From Nostoc sp. (GTDB lineage: Bacteria > Cyanobacteriota > Cyanobacteriia > Cyanobacteriales > Nostocaceae), in assembly GCA_036918135.1 (NCBI GenBank), contig JBALDB010000031.1, positions 1 through 64,000 of the forward strand: 64,000 nucleotides of DNA, written 5' to 3'. Below, one piece after another: positions 30,849 through 40,287 of this stretch. The stretch's first letter is position 1, and every line of letters begins with the position of its first letter. Under the pieces are notes generated by a model that worked only from the letters and a program-made list of their open reading frames with translations, made no database searches and had not been told where the DNA came from. The position numbers and the translations under genes are program-made.

Positions 30849-31661
30849 TTATTGATTTGAACTCTGATGTAATAATTCTTGAATTTCCTCCCGCAAGGCT
30901 GCAATTTCTGTTTGAAGCATTTGAATCGATTTCGCTCCAGCTAACTCTGCTTCATCGTCATCAGCATCACGACCAATAAAGAACGTCGCCAGAGTAGCAG
31001 TGACATAGCCAAACACGGCAAAAGCATATAAGGCTAAGAAAAAACACAGCACCCGTCCTTCGGGCGTTTTAGGCCAATACTCAGAACCCATTGTTGTTAT
31101 TAACATTGCTGTCCACCATAAAGCAGTACCGTAATTGTGCAGCCCAGATTCATCAGCAATTTCGTTTTCAAATGCATACATTCCTGCTGCTCCTACTAAA
31201 GTAACGATCGCAGTTAACGCTACAACATAACCAAACCCTCGACGGCTAATACTTGCTGCTAAAACCCACATTCCTCTGTTAGCACGAGTCATGACTCGCA
31301 ACAGTTGTAAACCTCTTACAGCCCGTGTTGTTTGTAGTATTTTGATAACTCGTATAATCCGAAAACTTCGCAACGCTGGCAATAACAGAGAAATAGCTGT
31401 TAACCAGTTGCTTTTGATATAAGAAATTTTATGAGGAGCAATAACTAATTTCAGAAGAAAATCTATTATAAAAATAATCCAAATAGTGATGCTAACAGCT
31501 TGCAGTAAAGGATTTAACCCCCGGATAATTTCGACGATGAATAGTGCTAGCCACGCAAAGCCCAGCACCAACATTGGAGTTTCTAACCAATCTTCCAATT
31601 GTTGCAAGACTTCGCTACGTTCTTTTTGTAGGGCTTGTTTTTCTAGCTTAGAACTACTCAT
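30849..31661 (-). CDS. Ion-transport (K+-channel-like) protein with atypical filter
   Basis: Arg-rich S4-like helix, ALWW pore helix, TTMGSEYWPKT.EGR in place of TVGYGD. Confidence 0.85.
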   Translation of the reverse strand: MSSSKLEKQALQKERSEVLQQLEDWLETPMLVLGFAWLALFIVEIIRGLNPLLQAVSITIWIIFIIDFLLKLVIAPHKISYIKSNWLTAISLLLPALRSFRIIRVIKILQTTRAVRGLQLLRVMTRANRGMWVLAASISRRGFGYVVALTAIVTLVGAAGMYAFENEIADESGLHNYGTALWWTAMLITTMGSEYWPKTPEGRVLCFFLALYAFAVFGYVTATLATFFIGRDADDDEAELAGAKSIQMLQTEIAALREEIQELLHQSSNQ

Positions 31662-31672
31662 AAATAATCGTC

Positions 31673-32956
31673 TTATTGTTTACTAGCTGGGGCTTCTAGA
31701 ACGTTGACGCTAACTAAAGGTGTGACGTTAAAATCTTGTTTTAATAATTGAGTTTGAATTGCTTGAGTGAGGCGATCGCGTATTTCTTCATTAGATACTG
31801 TCACTTGTGGTTGACGCTGCACGTAAATAACACAAAGCAGGGTATCTTGACCTTGAATATTGGCTCGTGTAAAGCGCACATTTGACTCAACTAATTTTAC
31901 TAAACCAACTTGTTCCACAGCTTTTTGGACTTGGGCGTTGCCGCGTTGGGCGCGGCTAGAGCGTTGTAAATTGGGAGAATGGGAGAACTGCCAAGTTAGT
32001 AAACCTGCCAATGCTATGACAGTTATTACCAAGGTAGAAAAAAATACCCGTTTTTTCCCACGCTGATAGCGAGTTCCTTGAGCAGATAGCCCAAACATTC
32101 GGAACAAAAGGGATGCTGAGAAATTGATGCCGCATAGTTGCAAAAACAGTAAGAACAGCCCCGAAGTTACCATATCCCACCTGCCGACTGCACTGGCCAT
32201 ACCCACAATTCCCGCAGGTGGAGCCAAAGAAGCGGCTACTAACATCCCTGTCGCTGCCCCAGATACTAAACTACTTCGTTCTGACTGAACTAAGTTGATC
32301 GCCCCTGCTGCTCCGGCTGCAAGTGGTAAAATCACTGCCACTGCTGAAACTTGGCTGTTTTCTACCATTAAAGTAGTGGGAATTTCTTGGCGTAATATCA
32401 GACTGAGTAGCCAAGTGGTGACAATTGTGACTGTTAAAGCTGCAAAATATCGGAAAACACTAAGCCAGAGGAGTTGGCGATCGCCCCAAGCAGTAGCAAT
32501 GGCTGTATTCATTGCTGGGCCTGCGAAAGGTGCAATCAGCATCGCTGCCACCAGCAAGTAACTTGTATTAGTATACAAGCCAATCCAAACTACAAAGCCT
32601 GCTAGTGCCGCATAACCAAGAAAGCCTTGCCAAGAACCAACACTTTGCAAACCAGAGAGCAAAATCTCAATTGGACTGCGTTCTTCTACATCCACAACCT
32701 GCTGTGGTGCTTGTGATGCGGGCGGTTGCAGAGTTATCACACCAGTCGGGATCAGCGTGATGTGTACTTTGGGCAAGTTTTGCAATTCCTCTATAAGTTT
32801 TCCAACTTCTCGATTGGAAACGTGAACAATCGCTACATCAATCGGTTCGTCTGCATTTCCTTCCAATCGTGAGAGGTTTAAGCCATTGTGAGATTTGGCG
32901 ATGTCAATAACTGCTTTTCCGTTTCCTCGTGGCACTCGGATAATGAGTTGGCGCAT
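31673..32956 (-). CDS. DUF389 family membrane protein
   Basis: LLVAAMLIAPFAGP and GMLVAASLAPPA motifs; AGGAGG RBS. Confidence 0.88.
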   Translation of the reverse strand: MRQLIIRVPRGNGKAVIDIAKSHNGLNLSRLEGNADEPIDVAIVHVSNREVGKLIEELQNLPKVHITLIPTGVITLQPPASQAPQQVVDVEERSPIEILLSGLQSVGSWQGFLGYAALAGFVVWIGLYTNTSYLLVAAMLIAPFAGPAMNTAIATAWGDRQLLWLSVFRYFAALTVTIVTTWLLSLILRQEIPTTLMVENSQVSAVAVILPLAAGAAGAINLVQSERSSLVSGAATGMLVAASLAPPAGIVGMASAVGRWDMVTSGLFLLFLQLCGINFSASLLFRMFGLSAQGTRYQRGKKRVFFSTLVITVIALAGLLTWQFSHSPNLQRSSRAQRGNAQVQKAVEQVGLVKLVESNVRFTRANIQGQDTLLCVIYVQRQPQVTVSNEEIRDRLTQAIQTQLLKQDFNVTPLVSVNVLEAPASKQ

Positions 32957-33156
32957 TTTCACCTCCTGCTGCTAACCATCTTGCTTTTTTAGCTAACAAC
33001 TCTACTATCCAAAGAAATATTTTTTGAAAGATGTATCTCATACTCAATTAACACTTGATTTTTGTTTGCATTGGTGTGTCTTAACGAAACAACTGGTAAT
33101 TGCAGCAGCTAATCAGGTTTATAGAAAAGGTTCGATCGCGTTATATTTTCAAATTT

Positions 33157-33188
33157 AGATTAAATTTAAATAGTGGAAAAAGCGTGGA
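33157..33188 (-). promoter_or_regulatory. TCCAC-N6-TCCAC-N10-TAATCT box/promoter for the DUF389-channel-MscS-DUF2254 run
   Basis: GTGGA at 33173 and 33184. Confidence 0.65.
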
Positions 33189-33380
33189 GAACCACGCTAT
33201 ATTTTTCCTAACCAACCTAATTTTTATATTTTTATTACCTAAGTTGAAGATTTTTCTCTTAGCATGAACCTTTACTCAAATATTTATTAAAACTTTTTAT
33301 TTGAAATGTTGCGTTATTTATATCTAAAGTGATAAGTATAATCATCCTTTAGTAGTATTTTTGATTGTGCGAGAAATTTC

Positions 33381-33412
33381 TCCACTAAATCTCCACTATT
33401 TACTAATAAATA
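33381..33412 (+). promoter_or_regulatory. TCCAC-N6-TCCAC-N10-TAAATA box upstream of SLH gene
   Basis: TCCAC at 33381 and 33392. Confidence 0.6.
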
Positions 33413-33460
33413 TTGAAGCATTAGAAAAATGAATTCTTGAAAAAACAGAGGGTATGGCTC

Positions 33461-34375
33461 GTGACTCAGTTAACTAAGCTAGTGTCAGCAGGTGCATCTT
33501 TACTAACTTTAAATTTGACAGTACTTGCAGTTGGCGCATTAGATACTTATGCTCAGTCTTCCCCTACAACTACCTTTAGTGATGTTCAACCTAATTACTG
33601 GGCGCAGCCATTTATCCGAGGTTTGGCTGCAAGAAATATTGTAACTGGATATCCTGATGGTACATTCCGACCAGAACAGCCAGTAGATCGGGATGAGTTT
33701 GCAGCAATCATTCGTAAAGCTTTTGACCAAGCACCAACTCGCCAGATAGAAAGTGGTGCTGTTTATAAAGATATTCCTAATAATTACTGGGCTACTCGTC
33801 CCATTGAAGAAGCATATCAACAAGGATTTATGTCGGGTTATCCTGGTGGCTACTTTCGTCCTAATCAACCTGTTTCTAAGATTGAGGCTATAGTTGCTTT
33901 AAACAATGGATTGAATCTCACTACTAATACATCAGCAGTTACCGTTCCCACAGTTACACAGAGAGTAGTTCCTCAAAACACACAACAAAAAACTGTAAAA
34001 AGACGTATTTTCATGCCACTGGGATTTACTACTTTGATCCAACCTTTATTAATACCAAAAGCCCAGGCTGTACCAACTGTTGAGCAAGCAACCCGTCCTG
34101 CATCATTTCTGATTACTAACACTTATGCAGATGCCAATAAGATTCCACAATATGCAGTTGGAGACGTAGCAACAGCAACCAGAAAAAATATAGTGGTGAA
34201 TTATCCAAATCTCAAAGTTCTAAATCCAAGTAAACCTGCTACTAGAGGGGAGATGACAGCTTTAATTTATCAGACTTTAGTTGCTCAGGGAAAAATAGAA
34301 CCACTTGCTATTAATTCACCTGCTAATCAGTATATTGTTCGTCCTGCTATTAGCAATCAAGCTAATTTGAAATAG
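33461..34375 (+). CDS. S-layer homology (SLH) domain protein
   Basis: FSDV..NYWA..FI..L....IVTGYPDGTFRP..V.R.EFAA; second SLH; VVNYPN..LNP...ATRGE. Confidence 0.92.
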   Translation: MTQLTKLVSAGASLLTLNLTVLAVGALDTYAQSSPTTTFSDVQPNYWAQPFIRGLAARNIVTGYPDGTFRPEQPVDRDEFAAIIRKAFDQAPTRQIESGAVYKDIPNNYWATRPIEEAYQQGFMSGYPGGYFRPNQPVSKIEAIVALNNGLNLTTNTSAVTVPTVTQRVVPQNTQQKTVKRRIFMPLGFTTLIQPLLIPKAQAVPTVEQATRPASFLITNTYADANKIPQYAVGDVATATRKNIVVNYPNLKVLNPSKPATRGEMTALIYQTLVAQGKIEPLAINSPANQYIVRPAISNQANLK

Positions 34376-34378
34376 GTT

Positions 34379-34461
34379 GCGATCGCCCTTGGCAGTTCCT
34401 AAAGGAACATCGCGTAGCGTCTCCGTAGGAGAATCACCTATGGTGGGGCGTAGCCCATCGC
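34379..34461 (-). repeat. 83-bp HIP1-based composite mini-element, copy 2
   Basis: Reverse complement matches 21562-21644 unit for unit. Confidence 0.85.
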
Positions 34462-34545
34462 TAACTGTGACGAGAATGGCAAAATATTAAAATAGAGCAA
34501 TCCTTAAAGAATACCTGCGGCAGTAGGGTAGTGAGTTAGATAGGG
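34462..34545 (-). pseudogene. Tiny 3' remnant of a sucrose-phosphatase-like gene
   Basis: Translates YLTHYPTAAGIL*GLLYFNILPF, matching FLANYPGAAGILEGLIYFKILPF at the end of 37101-38645. Confidence 0.7.
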
Positions 34546-34657
34546 GAGCAATGTGAAGTAAGTTTTGTTGTATATAAAATAGATTAGTTGCTGATATCGA
34601 TAATTGCCCAAGTACAATGAACAAGCACTAAAGTGGTGTAGTTTTTGGGGGTGAGGT

Positions 34658-36988
34658 TTGAGTTTATTTCGTAGGAATTACAGGCAAACTAGACCTAAGA
34701 GTAAGCGATCGCATCTAAAAAACCGTCTCTATTCTACTGGGATGTTTGTGTTTGTCGTCCTATCTCTCTCCAGTGGACTAGGCTACCATTTTTATAACCA
34801 ACCAAAACTGGATGTAGGTAAGATAGCTCCCCAAACGCTGACCGCACCAAGTTCAGCCAATGTTGAAGATGTAAAAACAACAGAAGAAAGACGCAGGGAG
34901 GCTCGTAGCGGTGCTTCAGCAGTCTGGGTTGACGACCCAGTAATTAATGAGCAAATTCACCAAAATCTCCAGCAATTATTTACAAAAGGCAATCAAATCC
35001 GCGAAAATTTGGGCAATTTTCCCTTTGTTAAGACTTCAGTGTTGTCCACTGCTACACAAACTTACCTGCGACAAGCACCAGAACCTCAATGGCAGCAAGT
35101 ATTACGAGGTTTGGATAAAAATAGCAATCTGACTGGTTTAAATTCTGCCCAGCAGCTAGCAGTGAAAAAACTGCGAACTTACCGAGAGTCTAACTCCTCC
35201 CAGGCTTTTGCTCAACTATTAAAAGCGATCGCCCAAGCTCGTCAGCGCTATAATATCAGCCTAAATGCCCTGAGCGCGATGTCTAAAGACAACACGCAAA
35301 GCATCTATGCCCAACCCGAAACCCTTTACGATGCCACTTTCTTAAACCTGTCTGATGCAGATTGGCAAAAAACTCAAATCCAAGTGCGTCAAACTTTAGA
35401 CCGAATGTTAGCACAGGGCATTTATCCAGGGTTATCCAAGACGAACCTGAACTATGCAATCGGGATGCAGGTGAGTGTTTCTGTGCCAGAAACAGCACAA
35501 CCTTTAGCAAGGCGATTGCTATCAGCGGCGATCGCACCAAATTTAATTAAAGACATTGAGCAAACCAAGCTGATTGCAGAACAAGCCGCCCAAGAAGTAG
35601 AACCAACGATCGTCAGCATTCAAAAAGGTGAAGTTATCGTTCAGGCTAAAGCAAAAATTACTCAGGCTGATTTTGTTCTATTAGACCACTTTCACTTGAG
35701 TCAACGCGGAATCGATTGGCTGCATCTGATTCGTTTTGGTGGGATGGTAGGATTGGCTGTGGCTGTTTTCAAACTGGTAGAACGAAGGATTGACGCTAAA
35801 TTACGACCAAGCGATTATCTCTTGATACTGCTTCTTACTCTCAGTGCGCCGTTATTAATAATCTTGACCAAATCATTTACAGGCTTACCTGCTATTGGTT
35901 TGCTTGTTGGTAGCTTCTACGGTACTGCGATCGGGGGTACTGTTATGGGGTTACTAACGATATTGCTCTCAATGGGAACGGAACTTAGCTGGCATTATTT
36001 AGTACCTAGTGCAGCTGGTGGAATTCTTGGCGGATTGATGGCGGGACAATGGCGATTCCCTGGTAGAGAAGCACTGCGAACGCGAGAGGAATTAGCTACC
36101 TTGGGAATCTTAATTGGGTTGACGCAGGGAGTAGTTTATTTGTTGGTCAACACTGCGATCGCACCCCTTTGGTATGCTGTGCTGGGTGCAGCAGTCCTCA
36201 ACAGTTTAGCTGGGTTAGTTTGGAGCATCTTAGCACTAGGTTTAAGCCCCTACCTAGAAGCTTTATTCGATCTAGTCACACCTATTCGTCTGGCTGAATT
36301 GTCCAATCCCAACCGACCTTTATTAAAACGCCTAGCTGATGAAGCTCCTGGAACTTTCCAGCACACACTGTTTGTCGCTACTCTCGCAGAAGCTGCGGCA
36401 CGAGCATTAAATTGTAATGTGGAACTGGTTAGGGCTGGGATTCTCTATCATGACATTGGTAAAATGCACGATCCTCTAGCATTTATTGAAAATCAAATGG
36501 GAGGTATTAATAAACACGATGTGATTAACGATCCCTGGAAAAGTGCCGAAATTATCAAAAAGCATGTGAGCGAAGGATTGGTAATGGCTCGTCAGCACAA
36601 GCTACCGAGCGCTATTCAAGCATTTATTCCCGAACATCAAGGAACCATCTTAATTGCATATTTCTACCAACAAGCACGGCAACAGCAACAAAATCCTGAA
36701 AAAGTTTTACACGAATCAGATTTCCGCTATGACGGCCCCATTCCCCAATCCAAAGAAACGGGAATTGCTATATTGGCTGATGCTTGTGAAGCGGCCTTAC
36801 GCTCCCTCAAAGACGCAACCCCAGAAGCCGCACTGGCAATGGTAAATAAAATCCTGAAAGCACGTTGGCAGGATAATCAGTTGGTAGATTCAGGGTTAAC
36901 ACGCGCAGAGATGTCTCAAATTGCTCATATTTTTGTCCAGGTTTGGCAGCAATTTCATCACCAACGGATTGCCTATCCTAAACTTTAG
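34658..36988 (+). CDS. 7TM-HD (HDIG) family membrane phosphohydrolase (PgpH-like)
   Basis: LAELSNPNRPLLKRL..EAPGTFQH, YHDIGK, FIENQ, IIKKHV, EHQGT, FRYDGP.PQSKE, LADACEAA. Confidence 0.92.
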   Translation: MSLFRRNYRQTRPKSKRSHLKNRLYSTGMFVFVVLSLSSGLGYHFYNQPKLDVGKIAPQTLTAPSSANVEDVKTTEERRREARSGASAVWVDDPVINEQIHQNLQQLFTKGNQIRENLGNFPFVKTSVLSTATQTYLRQAPEPQWQQVLRGLDKNSNLTGLNSAQQLAVKKLRTYRESNSSQAFAQLLKAIAQARQRYNISLNALSAMSKDNTQSIYAQPETLYDATFLNLSDADWQKTQIQVRQTLDRMLAQGIYPGLSKTNLNYAIGMQVSVSVPETAQPLARRLLSAAIAPNLIKDIEQTKLIAEQAAQEVEPTIVSIQKGEVIVQAKAKITQADFVLLDHFHLSQRGIDWLHLIRFGGMVGLAVAVFKLVERRIDAKLRPSDYLLILLLTLSAPLLIILTKSFTGLPAIGLLVGSFYGTAIGGTVMGLLTILLSMGTELSWHYLVPSAAGGILGGLMAGQWRFPGREALRTREELATLGILIGLTQGVVYLLVNTAIAPLWYAVLGAAVLNSLAGLVWSILALGLSPYLEALFDLVTPIRLAELSNPNRPLLKRLADEAPGTFQHTLFVATLAEAAARALNCNVELVRAGILYHDIGKMHDPLAFIENQMGGINKHDVINDPWKSAEIIKKHVSEGLVMARQHKLPSAIQAFIPEHQGTILIAYFYQQARQQQQNPEKVLHESDFRYDGPIPQSKETGIAILADACEAALRSLKDATPEAALAMVNKILKARWQDNQLVDSGLTRAEMSQIAHIFVQVWQQFHHQRIAYPKL

Positions 36989-37045
36989 ATATTAGCTAAA
37001 GCTACTCCTGGATTTCCAAAGGATAGAGTTAATTAGAAATGGGTT

Positions 37046-37128
37046 GCGATCGCCCTTGGCGGCTCCTAAAGGAGCATCGAGTAGCGTCTCCGTAGGAGAA
37101 TCACCGATGGTGGGGCGTAGTCCATCGC
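37046..37128 (-). repeat. 83-bp HIP1-based composite mini-element, copy 3
   Basis: Matches copies 1 and 2; supplies the last codons and stop of the 37101-38645 ORF. Confidence 0.85.
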
Positions 37129-38645
37129 CATTTATTAGGGAATGGTAAAATCTTAAAATAAATCAAGCCTTCAAGAATACCTGCGGCACCAGGGTAGTTA
37201 GCTAGAAAGTGCCAAGGATAATGTGTTTTGTAATACCACGAAAGGAGTTGCGTTTGGGCATTACTAACGATAATTCCAACTGATGGTAGTTGAAATAAAC
37301 TGATGTCATTTCCAGAACCTCCACAGACGATAGTTGCTTCTGATTGCGCTTGCAGTAATTGTTGCAAATATGCAGTTGCTCTACCTTTATTACTGTTCTT
37401 GGGTATGATATCAACGTCTCGTCCATTACTAAAAATTACTTCATGAACCCAATTTTGTGCAGTATTGCCATAGTTCTCTCTTAAGATGGGGTTTTCTAAT
37501 AGATTGTGAATAGCGATCGCCAATGCCTTAGAATCACGAGGAGGAACTAAAAGTCCAGTTTCACCATGCACCACTGTATGCTGTAAACCTCCCACATTGC
37601 TAGCAATTACAGGTGTTCCGGCTGCCATTGCCTCAATTGCAACTAAACCAAAAGGTTCGTAATAACTCGGCATAACGCAGACATTCCCTGCGGCATAGTA
37701 AGTAGGTAACAGCGCTTGAGAAATTTGACCGATAAAAACTGTCACTGCTTCTAATCCCAGTTCGTTCGCTAAAGCTTGAATGCGTTGTTGTTCTTGGAAG
37801 TCTGCGCCATCTTCGCGGCTACCACCAACTAGATAAAGTTGAAATGCTGAAAGCAAACTAGCGCAGGCTTTTACTAAGGTTTCAACTCCCTTACGAGGGT
37901 CAAAGCGTCTTACATACAAAATAATCTGAGAATCTAAAGCAATTCCTAACTGTTGCCGAGCAACTTCTTTATTGATAGAACCAAAGTGTTCAGTATTAAT
38001 CCCGCAGGGAATAACTTTAATACGTCCATGCTGCGAAATTAACTGACGTAGGTCTTCTGCTTCTTGGGGACTAATAGAAATTACACAATCTACTTGTTCT
38101 AAAATTGCCCTTTCTACACAATGGCGAATAGCAGCAATCTGCGGTGGATTTTCTACATTACGATATTTAACTGCCCCTATAGAATGATAAGTATGAACTT
38201 GGGGTAATCCCAATCGAGATTTAAGTTCTAATCCCACCCAACCAGAAAGCCAATAATTAGTGTGAATTAGTGCATAATTGCGTCCTGTTCGCTGTTGAAA
38301 ACTCAGCCAAGCTTCGACAAATTGTGGTAAATATTCAAATAAATTGTTTCTAGAAATGAATTTTGCCGGCCCAGCATTTAGACGAATTGTGCGACACCCT
38401 GGTGCTAATTCCACAATTTCTTCTTGATTGGGATGTTCGCGTCGGGTAAACATATCAACCTGACAGCCGCGTTTTGCTAATGCCAACCCCAGTTCTCGCA
38501 CGTAGACATTTTGACCGCCAGCCCCTTCTTTACCTATTTCAGCTGTCGGATCGCCGTGAACTGAAATTAGCGCGTAAGAGGTTTGAGAATTTGGCGTTTC
38601 TGGAGCCAAATTTTCTAAAGATTGAACTAAATTTAGAGAATTCAT
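37101..38645 (-). CDS. GT4 glycosyltransferase (sucrose-phosphate synthase-like) fused to the C-terminal part of a sucrose-phosphatase (HAD) domain; probably degenerate
   Basis: ISVHGDP..GGQNVYV, HTNYWLSG, EPFGLVAIEAMA; then IFSNGRDVDIIP..NKG..CGGSGND; HAD N-terminal DxD motif absent. Confidence 0.8.
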   Translation of the reverse strand: MNSLNLVQSLENLAPETPNSQTSYALISVHGDPTAEIGKEGAGGQNVYVRELGLALAKRGCQVDMFTRREHPNQEEIVELAPGCRTIRLNAGPAKFISRNNLFEYLPQFVEAWLSFQQRTGRNYALIHTNYWLSGWVGLELKSRLGLPQVHTYHSIGAVKYRNVENPPQIAAIRHCVERAILEQVDCVISISPQEAEDLRQLISQHGRIKVIPCGINTEHFGSINKEVARQQLGIALDSQIILYVRRFDPRKGVETLVKACASLLSAFQLYLVGGSREDGADFQEQQRIQALANELGLEAVTVFIGQISQALLPTYYAAGNVCVMPSYYEPFGLVAIEAMAAGTPVIASNVGGLQHTVVHGETGLLVPPRDSKALAIAIHNLLENPILRENYGNTAQNWVHEVIFSNGRDVDIIPKNSNKGRATAYLQQLLQAQSEATIVCGGSGNDISLFQLPSVGIIVSNAQTQLLSWYYKTHYPWHFLANYPGAAGILEGLIYFKILPFPNKWRWTTPHHR

Positions 38646-38664
38646 AATTAAAATTTATTTGTAG

Positions 38665-38820
38665 ATGACACAAATTGTCATGCTTACAGCCAAAGATGAG
38701 GATATTGATAAAATTTGGGGTTTAGAAGCAGGTGCAGATGATTATGTTACTAAGCCCTTCAATACCCGCGAACTACTGGCACGCATTAAAGCAGTGTTGC
38801 GTCGTCGTTCTGGGGAGTAG
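38665..38820 (+). pseudogene. 5'-truncated response regulator (C-terminal half of a receiver domain)
   Basis: Hand translation [48 protein letters not shown]; phospho-Asp region missing. Confidence 0.85.
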
Positions 38821-38825
38821 TCTTT

Positions 38826-40271
38826 ATGAAAGGCTGGATAGCTGGGATTAAATTAAATACAATTTATGTCAAGCTGTTAGGCACATACCTGATGCTGATA
38901 ACTTTTGGAATGTCATTAATGGCAGGTTATATCCTGTGGTCGTTCCATAATTACTTTATGCGATCGCGACAAGTAGATTTGGATAACTGGACGAGTGCGT
39001 TAAGTGAAAGTGTTGCAGATGGACTAGAAGAAAAAGATATCCAACGGATAAAGGTACTAGTGCAACGTTATGGCGCACCATAAAATTTAACGCTACGTGT
39101 TTTTAGTCAACAAGGCAGTCTATTAGCCACTTCTGACCCTAAATTAGATAGTCAAGTTAAAGATTGGTATCAAGTTCCGGGAATGCGAGAAGCTCTACAA
39201 AATCGTGTCAAACAAGGGATTGCCAAAGGTGTTTTGTCAAAAGACGATCGCCTATATATCGCTAGACCGATTGAGCGTAACGGTCAATTGTTGGGTGTAA
39301 TCCGCATGTCTATGACTTTGGAGCAGTTTCAGCGACAGTTTGCTAGGGTAATTTGGAGTGTTTTAGGAACGCTAGCATTAACGATTCTCCTGTGTGCGTT
39401 AATTAGCAGTCGCTTTGCTCGCAGTCTCTCAAAACCAATTGAGATGATGCGGAACTTTGCCATTCGCTTGGGTAGCGGTCATTTTGGCGATAAATTGACA
39501 ATCCATGAGAACAATAAGTTAGATCAATTGACAATCGAACTCAACCGGATGAGTGAGCGGTTAGCTTCCCTAGACAAAGAACGACGGGTGTTTTTAGCCA
39601 ATGTCTCCCATGAACTGCGTACCCCTATCAGTAACGTTCAGGTGACAGTAGATGCACTTAAAGGCGGAGCCTATGAAGAACCAGAATTACGCGATCGCTT
39701 TTTCCAAACTATCGAAAACGAAACCAAGCGTTTATCACGATTGATTCATGACTAACTGGATTTAGGACGTTTGGAAGCAGGAGTCGCTGAACTAGAAAAG
39801 CAAACCATCTCGCTGCATGGATTGATTAACCGTGCTGTCAATGCAGTAGAACCGCGAATGCGAACTCTAGGAATTTCTATACAAGTGAACGTAGAAAACT
39901 TAATGATACATGGCGATTCAGAACGATTGTTACAAGCGATTCTCAATTTATTGGATAATGCGATTAAGCACTCACCAGCCAATTCTCAAGTATTGATTTC
40001 TGGATACAGCCAAGGAAAACAAGCTATCATTCAAATTCAAGATCGGGGACAAGGCATAAAAGAGGGCGATCTACCCCGAATTTTTGAGCAATTTTATACA
40101 ACAGACCCCGCACGCAAAGGTAGTGGCAATGGTCTGGGGTTAGCAATTTCCAAGCGGATTATTGAAGCGCATCAAGGCAGTATTATAGCCAGCAGCACAC
40201 CAAATCAAGGGGCAACTTTTACTATATACTTGCCGATAATTCGTAATGACACTCGCTGTAACTTGAACTAA
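38826..40271 (+). pseudogene. HAMP sensor histidine kinase interrupted by two in-frame TAA codons (39081, 39753)
   Basis: Three ORF pieces in the same frame: TM/sensor, HAMP + SHELRTP, HATPase (NLLDNAIKH, D.G.GI, GNGLGL). Confidence 0.9.
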
Positions 40272-40287
40272 AAAATGAAATTTTAGC

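Noticed and set aside
38826..40271. Programmed readthrough or alternative genetic code in the kinase
   Set aside because: The two TAA codons replace different expected residues (Glu-like, Leu-like), TAA is the normal stop elsewhere, and the partner regulator is also broken
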